A stretch of DNA of 63,915 nt, the filler included, from Squatina squatina (taxonomy: Eukaryota), in assembly GCA_031763465.1 (NCBI GenBank). It is 4 parts of 4 records of this genome, joined end to end, with 100 filler letters (N's around TTAATTAATTAA, not from the genome) between each part and the next. Parts side by side here need not be neighbours in the genome. Positions count along the whole stretch, not along the records: positions 33,748 to 51,501 come from JARFOE010000080.1; positions 51,602 to 63,915 come from JARFOE010000046.1; 2 more parts are not named here. One strand, 5' to 3'. Shown in pieces: positions 48,481 through 62,365 of this stretch. How positions within the stretch are numbered: the stretch's first letter is position 1; the number at the start of each line of letters is the position of its first letter. The notes beneath the pieces are model-generated. The model made no database searches. It was not told where the DNA came from and worked only from the letters and a program-made list of their open reading frames with translations. A program made the position numbers and the translations under genes.

Positions 48481-50184
48481 TGTTTGATCACTATCCCCTC
48501 TGATGCTTATCTTATTGTTTTGGCTNNNNNNNNNNNNNNNNNNNNNNNNNNNNNNNNNNNNNNNNNNNNNNNNNNNNNNNNNNNNNNNNNNNNNNNNNNN
48601 NNNNNNNNNNNNNNNNNNNNNNNNNCCTTCCCTACAATCAGTCGGAGTTTTGCATTTAGGGAAGTTCTGCATATTCTATCATTACTGTTTCATTTTAATG
48701 GTTCACTATTCCCCCTTGTATTGTTCTGCTGACATGCGAGACCCCTCAGCCGCATCTTGCTTATCTCAGGCTCCGACATTAAGCAAATTCAGTCAAGATG
48801 TGTAAAAGCTGGCTAGATCAACTGTCATCATGCTCATCAATAAAGCCTTAAAGGCCCTTTCAAAAGTGGCACAGCTTTTGTAACACATCACCTGTTTATT
48901 TAAGTTTCTCTTTATAGTCATTACTTTGAATCACTAGCATACCTTGAACCATGAAAGGCAGTTCTGAATTATAGCGATGTTTCCTTACAGTTGGTCACGT
49001 GCTAATGCTGACCTTTAAGATCAAGGAAACAGACTTCTGGATGGAAAGCTAACCCATTATTAGTGAATGACGAATTTCAAGTACCCTGTACTTCTCTGGG
49101 AAATGAATGGACTGGAGCAAGGCTATGGGAATGTGCACAGTCCGGATTCCCACAGACAGCAACACACTGAGTCTCTCAGCTTCTTGTATCTTATTGCAAG
49201 ATCGCGCTATCTGTCAAGTGACTTTAGCTTGTCATTGGAATTCCGATCTGAGCTTAATAAACTACACTTTGCCTATAGCCTTGATTCAATCATGGCATTT
49301 TGTACTTTTATGATTTTCTTTTCTTATTTTCTGTTGCAGTGCACAGTAGGTCATNNNNNNNNNNCAATTATAAATTTTAAAAAAGACAGAAAAACCACGA
49401 ACTATAAAGAAACAAGTTTAATATTATATAAAAATGCCTGCTTGCTGTTGCAAAAACAGTTCAATTTATTTTATTGTGATACATTTGCAGTGGATTTGGA
49501 ACGTTATTTTACAGGTCTTAAAGATATGGCAACACACAATCAAACCAGTTTGCAACATGACAGCCACGACGATTAAAATAGTTGTTTTGGACAGGCTTCT
49601 AAAATCATATAAAACTCCAATTTGCCCTTATGTCCAGGATTAACTGCAGTATATCAGTTACACTGCATTACCATTCAGTCCACCAAGGAGTCAACTTGAG
49701 ACCTGAGAGGAATATTCAGGTATTATTCAGTGACATTGATTCTAGTGGGCCATTCCATGTTGAGTATGACGCCGTATATATCTCCACTGAAGTCATGCTG
49801 TCAAAGCTCTTCACATAGAACCTGAAGATACATGACATTTACAAAGTTTCAATGGAAGGGAATCATATTCCCATCTGTTATCTCTCTGAAAGGTTCCCTG
49901 TTTTACATTTGAATTCACAATTCAGATTTTGAATTGATGATTGTGCGTTATTCCAGGTCACATTAGTTTAGGCACTAAATACAATTTACTGCAAGGATTG
50001 TTATTTGAGTTGATATATTTGCTCTCACTAACAGTGATTTATTGAATAGAACTTCATGTAATTTTAAATCAATGTCAAATGTTTTTCATGCCATTGTATT
50101 TTTTACATTTCTTGGCAATGGAATTCATATGCTATCTACCATGTTCATTCTTATCTATCTAATCGCAGCCAGAGAATCACCTGT

Positions 50185-51267
50185 AATGGCTTCTCTTCCT
50201 GCTCCTGCATCGTTACCTCTGATGTTCCTTAAGGATCTATCCTTGGCCCCTCCTATTTCTCATCTACATGCTGCCCCTCAGTGACATTGTCCGAAAAAAC
50301 AGCATCAGTTTCCACATGTACGCTGACGATGCCCAACTCTACCTCACTACCACTTCTCTCGACCCCTTCATGGTTTACAAATTGTCCAACTGTTTTTCTG
50401 ACATCGGTACTGGATGAGCAGAGATTTCCTCCAATTAAAAATTGGGAAGACCACAGCCATTGTCTTTGGACCCCGCCACAAGCTCCATTCCCTATCCACC
50501 GACTCCATTCCTCTCCTCGATAACTGTCCGAGGCTGAACCAAACTGTTCGCAACCTTGGTGTCATGTTTGACCTGGGAGTAAGCTTCCAACCACACATTC
50601 GCGGCATAACAAGACCACCTATTTCCAACTCCAGAACATCACCCAACTCCGCCTCAGCTCATCAGCTGCTGAAACCCTCATTCATGCCTTTGTTACCGCT
50701 AGACTTCACTATTCCAATGCACTTCTGGCCGGCCTCCCATGTTCTACCCTCCATAAACTGGAGGTGATCCAAAACTCAGCTGCCCATGTCCTAATTCGCA
50801 CCAAGTCCCATTCATCCATCCCCCACTGTACTCGTGGACCTACAGTGGCTGCCGGTTAAGCACCGCCTTAATTTAAAAACTCTCATCCTTATTTTAAAAT
50901 CCCTCCACGGCCTCACCCCTCCCTATCTCTGTAATCTCCTCCAGCCCCACAACTCCCTGAGACACCTGCACTCCTCTAATTCTGGCCTCTTGAGCATCCC
51001 TGATTTTATTTGTTCTACTATTGGTGGCCATGCCTTCTGTTGCCCAGGCACTAAGCTCTGGAATTCCCTTCATAAATCTCTCCACCTCTCTACCTCTCTT
51101 TCCTCCTTTAAAACGCTCCTTAAAACTTAACCTTTGACCAAGCTTTTGGTCATCTGCCCTAATTTCTCCTTATATGGCTTGGTGTCAAATGTTTTGCCTT
51201 GTAATACTCTTGTGAAGCGCCTTGGAATGTTTTACTACGTTAAAGGCACTATATAAATGCAAGTTAT
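50185..51267 (+). mobile_element. L2 LINE 3' portion (end of RT through tail)
   Basis: YADDAQLY; WMSRDFLQLKIGKT; VRNLGVMFD; LQWLPVKHRL; GGHAF..GTKLWNSL; tail TATATAAATGCAAGTT. Confidence 0.9.
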
Positions 51268-51371
51268 TTCGGTCTTCCATTTTGATTTTATTTTTAAAGC
51301 CTCAGGAACGAAGACAAGAAATTTCTGTTTCCATTACATGTCACTCCCAGATTTCCTTTCCAAGTCACATA

Positions 51372-51501
51372 CATAGAAACATAGACACATAGGTGCAGGA
51401 GTAGGCCATTCGGCCCTTCGAGCTTGCACCGCCATTCAATACGATCATGGCTGATCTTTCAACTCAGTACCCCGTACCTGCTTTCTCTCCATACCCACTG
51501 A
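51372..51501 (-). mobile_element. CR1 3' tail
   Basis: CATAGAAACATAGACACATAGGTGCAGGAGTAGGCCATTCGGCCCTTCGAGC...GATCATGGCTGATC. Confidence 0.85.
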
Positions 51502-51913
51502 NNNNNNNNNNNNNNNNNNNNNNNNNNNNNNNNNNNNNNNNNNNNTTAATTAATTAANNNNNNNNNNNNNNNNNNNNNNNNNNNNNNNNNNNNNNNNNNN
51601 NACCCAAATCTTTACGCAGGTAAGTGTTCAATTCTTCGAATAACCTTTCACTGTACAAGACTGTTTGTTGAGAGCAGTCTGATTGCTTATTTACCAATTG
51701 GAGTTAGTTGCACACATTTTCATTGCAAGATAAAGAAATCAAAGCTGAATATCAAATGTTGAGTAGAATAAAATGACAGTCTTTTTGAAAATACATTTCA
51801 AAGTATATCTATACAATAACATGTGCAATGTAATCTCATTTGATGAATTTTGTAAAGGCAACCTTATCGTGGCATTAAATCAATAACATTAAAATAGTTT
51901 CCATTGTGGCTGT

Positions 51914-52036
51914 CATGACTTTGTTTTGGATAGAGTAACTACCATTACATTTGATTTTCACTACCCATCAGGTCATCGGTGGTGAACATAAGTGCCAGGG
52001 TAGTTACTCTGTCCAGAAGCAACATTCATAGTCATG
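51914..52036. repeat. Imperfect inverted repeat (hairpin), ~123 bp
   Basis: CATGACT..TTTGGATAGAGTAACTACC pairs with GGTAGTTACTCTGTCCAGAA..AGTCATG; inner TTCACTACC pairs with GGTGGTGAA. Confidence 0.75.
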
Positions 52037-55000
52037 GTTTAATGTGAGGTATGGTCGCTTTGCCTCCAACCCGTGCCCCGCCCCACCCACAACAAGTCAA
52101 AGAACACAGTCCGAGCACATCATGTCATTTAATAAAATTATTCATGTTCTATGTGGCTGGATTATATGTTGAGAACACTTGCACTTAATGTTCTCCCTCT
52201 GGTTATAGGGTGGCGTGTGAGCCAAGTGGTTTTATTTTAACAGTGCCACGTCAAGGGCTGCCCAGCAATCAGATGTTATATTACAAATGATCATTTGTTG
52301 ATGAAAAATAAGAATAAGACTCTTTTCAACCTTGTGAAAATATAACATTTTATGCTCATTGTTGATATGTTGGATTTTATGTTTTGATTTGTTTATGATC
52401 CTTCTGCAATAAGAGTATCTGCAGATTTTCCTTAAAGGTGGCTAAGAGTTTGATTCTGCTTTGGTTTGTTTTCTCTCAAGAATGGAAACAAATGCTGTAT
52501 CCACATTTAAATCCAAAGGACTGATTCATGGTGTGGCTGTTAATAACTTTTTTTTTGTTGCATTCTTTTACAGTTTGCAGTCTTTAGTTTACACTGACTG
52601 GTGTATAAGAGGTGATAGTACGCAAATCACTGACTGGAATAGGGGGCAGCCATTTCAATTAGTGCCAACAATCTGATCAATCAAATGTCCTGCCCATGTC
52701 TGCAGGCTAACCTACTCTTCCCCATTCAACCAGAGACTGTGAGATTGTGATAATGCCTCCCATTTCAGGATTGTAACTGCATCCCGTGCCAGTAATCCCA
52801 CACACTTTCCTTGCTTTCTCTTCCCAAAAAACAAGAGAACGCTATTGATGATGAACTGTCTCAGCATCCACTGCTATAATGAAAACTAGAGGTCCTATAG
52901 ATTGAATAGGAGGCTTTTAATATGTCTGTGCGTGCTGGGATAGCAGCAGCTCTCCAACATCGCACAGCAAGGCAGACGGTGAAGAGGAAAACAGAAACAT
53001 GGCAGATAAAAATATGGGAAAGGTAGAAAAAGAAAGGGAAGTTGGGTAAAGGAAGATAGAGAGCAGAATATGTTAATGCCTCTTGACCACCTCTGGGCTC
53101 AGTAAAGGATGCAGCTTGTCAAGTTTAATCAAATGTTATTTGTGGTGCATGGTTACACCTCAGATATAGGGATTGTGACTGGAAATCTCCTACCTAGTGT
53201 TTGTCTGATGTTCGAACCTCTGTCTGTCTATGGAATGACTGAAAACCAACCTGTCTCTCCTGTGGGCCAGTTACTTATAACAGAACAAGGCTTGCTGAAC
53301 AGATCTTAGGGATGATTACTTTAAAATCTTGAATTTATTCATTATTAACTGCAATTGCAGACACATGCTACGATTGACTAATCAGCCTGTCAAATCCAAA
53401 TACAAGTGGCTGTCCTACAAATGACATCTTTCGACTTCTGTCTGTACTGTAAGAGAGAATCGGTTTATCTTTACCTTTGACTACAAGGCTTAGGGTACTG
53501 TGAGGAATCAATCTTTGGAAGTGGTTCTCCTATAGTTTTGGTAACAATCCAGGACCTCGCTTTCTCCAAGAAAGTTTGTGTCAAAAAAATGTTAAAAAGA
53601 CAGACAGGCAGTTAGAAAGAAATTAAACTGGAGGGATAACAGATGATATCTGATTAGTATAATCTGGTTGTAGAATTTCCATTGAGGAATAAACTGCAAA
53701 ATAGTTTGTGATAGGTTTGCAGTTATAGTGTCACAGCCATTAGTCTGGTAGTGTGAATGTGATGATACATTTTGGCATAGAGCAAAGGGGGAAGCGCTGC
53801 CCACACTGGCAAAACTTAAAAGAATAAAAAATAATCTTCATTCAATGAAACTTCCCAATGAGATGCAAATGATATTGGCCTGAACCTGGGCTACAATTGA
53901 TTCAGGGCTCTTTGAAAAATCAGCACAGGTTACTAATCCTGGTCACCATTCAGTGGATGACTACTGGAAAGAGCACATATGAGGATGTTGTCTGAAGATA
54001 GCCTCAGGCTGGATTGTGATGTCCTGTCAACCCATGCTGTCTAAAATGACACATGAATAATAACCACTTGAACATGATACTAGACAACAGCTAGGAGCCC
54101 TATTCTCAGGATATGAGAGAAGAAAATTGGCAAAATAAAATGAATCATTTTCAAATTGAAATAGATTTAACGTGAAAATGATACATGGTTGTGATTGATT
54201 TTGTTTTAAAGAATCATTACTTTCAATTCCTTGTTAAAATTTTTTAATTACAGCTGCCCAGTGACAACATTATTATTAATCCTCTCCTTGTTCGGTTGAC
54301 CAAAACAATAAACTTGCAGCTCTTCAACATGTCTGCAAATGCTGTCCAGCGGTCATCCAGATTTTATTTTACAAGTTTCACAGTCTATACAATTTTATCA
54401 GCTTTACAGTCTTGCGGAGTACAATTTTATTGCTGATGTTTAAAATAAACCCATTTGCTTAGCTTGTATTGACTTCATGTTGGCGATAAAGTGAGGCTGC
54501 ATTAAGCACACAGTGTTCTCTGAGAAACAGCAATCCTGGTAAATGTGAGAAGAGTAAAGACAGGTGACCACTTAATGCAGATGCCCATTGTGCAATAGTT
54601 AAGTCATTGTACTTTAGATTGTTAATCTATGAGGATATAACTGTCATCAACCAATACTTTTTGTCAGAGTTGTAGTTGACAGGGAGAGGGAAAGAGGGTC
54701 TTACAGTTTCGTAGAATTGACAGTTTAAAGCATGAAATTTTGCTTCTAGTCAAACGCCATCTGAATGTTACTTATGTCAGTTAAAAGGGCCATTATTGCC
54801 ACAGTGGCAAGTTTCCATGCTGGCAGACTTCCTGCAATGGCCAAGAACCATNNNNNNNNNNNNNNNNNNNNNNNNNNNNNNNNNNNNNNNNNNNNNNNNN
54901 NNNNNNNNNNNNNNNNNNNNNNNNNNNNNNNNNNNNNNNNNNNNNNNNNNNTCCCATATTGATTCTACCAAACCGACATCTCTGCTCTCTGTTGAATCTG

Positions 55001-55074
55001 GCATCTGCCCATCACTAAGCCACCCAGAGAGCCTGAACTCAACCAAGCCAGTGACAGCACTTAAATGTTAATCA

Positions 55075-55295
55075 AAAGAACCAGAAGGGAGATGAGGAAA
55101 AAATTTTTATGATCTGGAATTCACTGCCTGAAAGGGTGGTGGAAGCAGATTCACTAGTAACTTTCAAAAAGGAATTGGATATATACTGGAAAAGAAAAAA
55201 AATTGCAGGTATATGGGAAAAGAGCAGGAGAGTGGCAGAAATTGGCTAGCTCTTTCAAATAGCTGGCATAGGCAAATGGTCTCCTCTGTGCTGTG
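55075..55295 (+). mobile_element. CR1 3' end
   Basis: GATCTGGAATTCACTGCCTGAAAGGGTGGTGGAAGCAGATTC...GCTCTTTCAAATAGCTGGCA. Confidence 0.75.
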
Positions 55296-56137
55296 ATAGC
55301 CAAACTAACCCCAAACTTAAACCTATAAACAAGAGGTGCATGCTCTTCTGTTTATGCTACAGGTTTGCCTTTGTTTAAAAGTATTTCTTTTAAAAGCAGT
55401 TTGGAGTTAAGCTTTGAGGCATTTATAAATTCTGCAGATGGCAGAAACATTCAGTGACCTCTGCAAGAAGGNNNNNNNNNNACCTGAATCCCTTGCTTCT
55501 TCTAGGATCCAGAAATCAGTGCTTCAGACCTTCTGTTTGGACTTAGGTTATTCCGATGTTCTCAAGCATGCCACAGGGGAGCATAAGTTATAGTGAGTGC
55601 CATCCTGTTTGAATCAGCTTGTTGTATAGTCTGCCTCATGTCTTAATGTTGATCGTCTTTCAAATAGATTGGAATGCTTTTTGCAGAACGTGTTTCATTC
55701 TTTTTAAAAATGTGATGGCCTGAAGTGAGCTCACTGTTTAAGAAATCTGAAACTAACCATATTTTGACATATGGGACAGGAGCTACACAGTGTTCTCTGC
55801 TTGGTCAGCCAGAAAGGAGTAAATACATTTTTTAATGGTTTCAATTTGTGGAAATTGTACCCAAAGTGTTACAATCTACGCTTTATAGTAAGCTGAAAGT
55901 CTCAAACAAGACCAGTATTGTGTTGCAAGGTGTTTATTTTACTAGATAGCATATAAACAGAACTCTCAACAACATCTGGAATTCATAATTAAAGTTGGAC
56001 ACTAAAAGTTGATTCACAGAGATCATTGACGATTACANNNNNNNNNNNNNNNNNNNNNNNNNNNNNNNNNNNNNNNNNNNNNNNNNNNNNNNNNNNNNNN
56101 NNNNNNNNNNNNNNNNNNNNNNNNNNNNNNNNNNNNN

Positions 56138-56655
56138 GAGCAGAGTCTGAATTAGGAAGTGTCAGTTAGAATAGTTAATTCAATGTCAAATCAGTTACAG
56201 AAAACAAAGTAAAGAGAGGGACATCGGATTAAGTGTGAGAGGTAAGAAATGTAGAAAGAAAATGTAAAAAAAGTTACTTCATTTAAAAAAAAAACTGAAA
56301 CAATTATTAAAAGCTGAAGGAATGAGATTCCACACTTGTAAAAGTTAATTTTCAGTACCAAAGCAGTTTTTGCAGTAATTAAGACTCATCACGCCATTAA
56401 AATGACCCTGACACTGGAATGGACAAGTCCTAACTTTCTGTGGTGATTTTGGTCCATTTCTATGACATTTGAATGGAGAGCCAGATGGCAAAATGCCATT
56501 TTTGCGCAGCTCCTGGAGAAGCAGGGCATCACCGATAGCAACTACCATGTTTAACAGCACATGTGCATTCGCTGCAGGTTGCTGACCAACTTACACACAA
56601 ATAATGGTGAGCACTGTTAGCTTCACCATTATTTTCACAGCAAAACCTGGTCCAT
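56138..56655. mobile_element. Non-autonomous DNA transposon, right portion
   Basis: Subterminal palindrome AATAATGGTGA..TCACCATTATT and terminus AAAACCTGGTCCA. Confidence 0.4.
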
Positions 56656-58479
56656 TGTTTCCATGTTGCCCAATACTAACCTGCTAGCCCTGTTGTTTCT
56701 CTGATTTTAACCCCTTTCAACCAATTTTTAACTTAAAATAAACTCGTACCTAGGTCCTTATCCATGGAAAAATATTCAAAAAATGCAGAAAAATGACAGG
56801 GATATACTGAAGACATTATATGGTGCTATATCAATGCACTTTCTTTCTCTACAAGAAGGCACGTGCTCTTATCTAAATCTCACATAATCATTTGTCTATT
56901 ATAATGTCTTCTATTTAAAAAAGTCAGAAATTGCAGCCTGGCAGTTTCTGAGCAGAATGATGTTGTAACTGATTGATAGCCTTGTAATGAAAGTGCCTGG
57001 AATTTTTGTTCTAAGTATCTGAAACCTTTGTGCCAAATCCTCAGAGTTTAAATTTAGGACTGTGGAATATTGTGCTGAAGTGCTTGAATTTCTCCTGGAA
57101 ACAGCCAAAATCTGACTTTTGTTCGCCAATGTAAATCAGTTGCATTATCTGTTGTAGTTCAGATGCATAGCAGACTCATTACAAATGTTTCTTCACCCCA
57201 TGGGGCAGCACATTCCTTTATCTACTGGCTGCTACATTCCACCCGTACTGCCTACCATCTGTTGTATGAGCTATTATGCCATTCCATTTGAAAAAAAAAA
57301 CATTTGCATGTGTGCGACTGTACCAAGTTATATAAATGGAGCAGAACTTATCCATGCACTTGCGTGAATTTGAGGGGGTGCAATTGGCTGACGCCTCTGC
57401 GGAGGCGTTAAGGCAAAAGTTAGCACCTCTGTGGCGCCTCGATTCGGAGGCACTACGACATTGCAAAATTCACCATTTTTTTCCCAGGAGGTGAGATCGG
57501 GAGGCGCAAATCGGCCACTTTAGGCGCTAAGCGCTGAGAGGCCCCGCTGGCCCCGGAGGCATACACTACCTTGACATTGCATGGGCCGCATATCGATTGA
57601 TGTAGATGACCTCTGAAAGAAGAAAGGAGTGCCGAGTGCAGNNNNNNNNNNNNNNNNNNNNNNNNNNNNNNNNNNNNNNNNNNNNNNNNNNNNNNNNNNN
57701 NNNNNNNNNNNNNNNNNNNNNNNNNNNNNNNNNNNNNNNNNACACTCAAAACATTTATCAGCAATCACACGTGAATGTATAAGATGATATAGATTTCATA
57801 GTTTTATGTATGTACAAAATTTATTCCAAATTTACATATATATATAGATATATAAATAATACAGACTGTGAGGAACAAGAATCGTACAGACCAACACGTT
57901 AAGGTTAATGTCGGTCACTCAAAACTGTTGCAGTTGTGACCGAATGTGAGACCCCAGCAAATGCTTAAATTACAACTTCAAATGTGGATCAGAATGAGCA
58001 AAGCCTCTCTCTTAATTGCAAACAGGTCTGTGCTGTTNNNNNNNNNNAATACTCACATTTTTTTTTTTAGCTAAGACACAGAGTAAGTCTCTATGGAGGT
58101 AAACATTAAAAAAAAATATTTAAACATGATTTCTGGCAGAGGCTATGGGCTTTGGTAATCAACACAGAGTTTCTTCTGAGCTGTGTAAATGTCATTCGCT
58201 GAATGTTGTGTTTGTAATTCTAGAGTTAGTGTCCGGAAAACCTGCAAAGGTCCTCGAAGGGTTCACGCATAATTAGTAACCACAGTGAAAAGAGTAATGC
58301 GGCAGGATTCCANNNNNNNNNNNNNNNNNNNNNNNNNNNNNNNNNNNNNNNNNNNNNNNNNNNNNNNNNNNNNNNNNNNNNNNNNNNNNNNNNNNNNNNN
58401 NNNNNNNNNNNNTTCCAACTTCTTTATAGGCCACTTAATAGCTTCCAGCTGCATGTGTCCCACATATAGCCTTGCTGAC

Positions 58480-59048
58480 TGCTCAGTTAACTCAGTTCAC
58501 AGTTGAAACAGAAGAGCTCACACAGCCCCTGCTCAGCTCAAACAGAAGTGCTTACACAGTCCCTGCTCACTTCACACAGCCCCTGTTTAGTTCATTCAGT
58601 CCCTCAGTTAACTGCCCGGGCTTTACTCTCAGTGCTCTGGTTCAGCTCACGCACTCCCTGTTCAGTGAACACAGCCCTTGTTCAATGCCTGGGCCGGGCT
58701 CTCACAGCTGCTGTTCACCTACCTACCAACCAACCAACCACAGAGAAATACAATGGAGTCCAATCTGACTTCTCTCACTTGCGCTGGATTATCTGAGCTG
58801 AGGCCCATGGCCCTGCTCGATTTAGTGCACACTGAGACTGTGCAGTTCTGGGCGGCGCACGCACTTATGACGTCACAGCGCCACGATAACCCTAAAGCCA
58901 GCGCCTCAGGCCTTATGGGCCTTGCACCCGCTTTGCGCTGGCGCAAACAGGAGCCGAATTTTGCGCCCACGTTTTCGCGCCTAAAGTGCCTTTGCGCCAG
59001 TTTTGCGCTGATTTTGCGCTAGAAGTTTTACCTCGAATTGGCTACCCT
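58480..59048. mobile_element. GC-rich DNA-transposon end with degenerate ~20-bp internal repeats
   Basis: Repeated CACACAGCCCCTG(T/C)TCAG units at 58515-58720, subterminal TTTGCGC repeats, and terminus GAATTGGCTACCC. Confidence 0.45.
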
Positions 59049-62000
59049 CCGAAATGACTCTGTTCTTTTAGCTTTTTAGCTCCTTGTAACGTCATCTGTG
59101 TACAAAACCTTGCAGAGAACCTTGCAAATAGCGCTGTAGATAAGGAGGTCCATCTGCTTTCCTAATCTGAGATTGCTAACTGTGACTACTCATAAACTGT
59201 CAGGGCTGACTTCTTCCCGCGCTACGATCACTCACCCTCTTTCTTCCCCTCCTCGCCAGTTCCCTCCTCTCTCCTGAAGGTGCTGAGGTTCCACCACAGG
59301 TATCTGCTGCCGTCTTGTTACCTCCCCCAAGTGGCCATTCTTCACATACAAGTCAATTGAAAGCCTCGATGGGTATCACATGCTGCCCTCAGCTGACACC
59401 CACACACATCCGCTGTCTGTCAGCGGTCACTCAATAGTGGTCAGGAGCAGAAAGCCTAGCTGTATATTTGCTGCCTTTAGCAATGTTACATGTAGACTGC
59501 TGCCACTGTAGGGTCATTGCAAATATCACTCATTGTTGAAATTATTGTCACTGTATTCTTGTACTGTCTGTGGTGGGTAAACAGAGCCAAGCACTTTGGA
59601 TTCAGAATTAACCAGTCACTGTCTGGGTTCCCCTTTAATCCAATGAGCTGTCCCATAGTTCTCCTAATGGTTTTGTAGGTGAACGTACTGCATGATATAA
59701 CATTAAACCCTACAGATCACAGGTTCCTAAGTATGATTCTCAGCCTGAGTTATTGAATCTCAGCTGGAGTACATTAGGAGTGATATAATTAATGGTGTAA
59801 GTCATTAACTCCATAATTTCCCCTTTCTTTTGTGCTGTGAAGGGTCCCTATTCTGTAAAATGGCACAAGTCCCTTGGAGAATCTGAGCTATTTTAAAGGT
59901 CGATTTTTCTGCTTGCAAGCAGGACTTTTTGGAGCACACAGCCGTCATAGTGCCTTTAAGGACATTTAGTCGGCGCAATAAAGTCAATGCAATAAATTTT
60001 AATGAATTGAGCTCAGCGGGTACTGAAGTCGTTAAACAGCGGCAGACCCTCTCTGAAGAGTTGTACTATTGGTAGACAGTGCAGAAGAAGGCAAAGAGTA
60101 AAAGAAAGGTTCTTGACTGGAGTAGGCAAGGACATGTCTGGACTTGTTGGGTGATGTGAAGTTCAGCAATCCCTCAAAGGCTAAAATCTGTGATCACTTT
60201 ACTCAGAGAAATTTAACATACCAAAACACCATTTTCCTTTAGAATTGAAACATAATAATGCTTTATCTGTCACACTACTTGAATTATTTAAAATCTTCAG
60301 TGTTGCATGCGGAATAATTGGATTAATGTTTAGAAACGATTGTGATAAAAGCCTAGTCCGTTTCAGATTTCTTCACCTTTGCATCTCCTCTCCATCTGGA
60401 AGATTCTCAGTAACTTAAAACATGAAGGCGCGCTCTGGCCACGAACAGAGCACTTATGAAAAATAAAATTCCATTGATCAATTGGTGGCCAAATGAATCC
60501 TGCTTTAAAATATATTTCTCATTTTATTTTCAAACGCTGTGGCTTCTTTGATAAATACNNNNNNNNNNNNNNNNNNNNNNNNNNNNNNNNNNNNNNNNNN
60601 NNNNNNNNNNNNNNNNNNNNNNNNNNNNNNNNNNNNNNNNNNNNNNNNNNNNNNNNNNNNNNNNNNNNNNNNNNNNNNNNNNNNNNNNNNNNNNNNNNNN
60701 NNNNNNNNNNNNNNNNNNNNNNNNNNNNNNNNNNNNNNNNNNNNNNNNNNNNNNNNNNNNNNNNNNNNNNNNNNNNNNNNNNNNNNNNNNNNNNNNNNNN
60801 NNNNNNNNNNNNNNNNNNNNNNNNNNNNNNNNNNNNNNNNNNNNNNNNNNNNNNNNNNNNNNNNNNNNNNNNNNNNNNNNNNNNNNNNNNNNNNNNNNNN
60901 NNNNNNNNNNNNNNNTGTGAGTTTAAAAAAAGAGTGGTGTACTGAATTTTGGTTAAAAAAAATACTGTAACGTTCTTTCAGCGCTTGTAAAGAGAAAAGG
61001 CCAGTTAATATTTTGAATGTAGGCCCTACATCAGAACCAAAAAATCTTTATCCAAAATATCAACTTATCTTTTTTTTTCCCCCAGTACTGATGCTTTATG
61101 CATTTCCAGTGTTTTCTCCCTTTTTTTAATTTCAGCATTCCAGCATTGTCAGTTTTGAACTCCAGAGTCAAAGAAAAACACTTGAAAAAGAATCAAAATT
61201 TAGCCTAAGTTAAGCTCGGTTTAAAACACAAGTTTGTACAAGCACTGCGTTGGGTTAGTTAGTTTCTGAGCATTGACATCTGTTATTAGACAAGTACAAG
61301 ACTATAATAGACCAAATAATGATAAAGCCAGGATGTGAGGGTGTTTTTTGCATTCCTGCTGAAAAAATATTCCTATGTGTTGCTCGTGCCAAGTAGTGTT
61401 GGTTTGGAATGGGTAGACATATGAAGGTATGAGTCGGCATGGGAATGTACGTGACACTGTAGAATTAGAAAAAATGTGGTGTGTGGTTGCATGCTGAAAT
61501 TATTTTAGGAATGGAGGGAATATTGGTCTGTCAAAATGTTCATGGAACCTTTCCTACTGGGATACAAAACAGCAATTTTGACATTTGGTCTATTATTAAA
61601 ATGTATTAAAATACACAAAGGGTAGGCTGTGCTATGGTGCTGGACTGAACAATGACTAGAATCTCTGGGGTGAGCTAGTCTGCATGACCTTCTTACAAAG
61701 CACTTACTGCTTAGATATATCAGGAGTTATTTGTTACACAGGGAGATCCCTAGGCTGCAGCCCTCTGAGTCCAATTGACTCCACATAGATTATATACCTG
61801 ATCCAAGCATGATTCTGATCCAAACATCAAATTCCAGTGCAACAAACCACATTGTATGTGCTCCCATTGGATAGAATTCCTGAATCAAGCACAAAATCCA
61901 TCCCAATTATTCTTGTGTTTAGTAGTCAGCACTTAGCACACTAAATATAATCAGTCTGCTGCCAAATTCCACTCAGAATTCAACAGTTTCTTTTAGAAGT

Positions 62001-62365
62001 CAAATCACTTTTGTGGAAAAAATATATGTTTTTACTGAATGCTTTGTGTTGGTTTTGTTTATCCTGATGGATCGATTAACTGTGGTACCAAGGTTTGCAT
62101 GCCACTTGTTTGATCCAGAGTTCTTCAAATCCCTGATCCAAGTATTAAGTTTTTTTTCATAAAATGGTTACATGCTTATCAAGATTGCTTTGTGTCAAGC
62201 AAGGTTCCCCAATTTCTTTTGGGGGGGCGCACAGCCCCTTTAACAGACTGCATGCATGAAATGTTCCATCGAAAAGCTGGTGATCAGCCTCTGCAGGACT
62301 TCCAGACATTTAACGGGAACATTTGGTACCAGGTAATGTTTTTCAAGTAACAGTGAGGATGTGTT

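Noticed and set aside
59923-60071. Possible plus-strand exon (DFLEHTAVIVPLRTFSRRNKV...)
   Set aside because: The donor is weak (GTAGAC), there are no partner exons, and the peptide is unrecognised.
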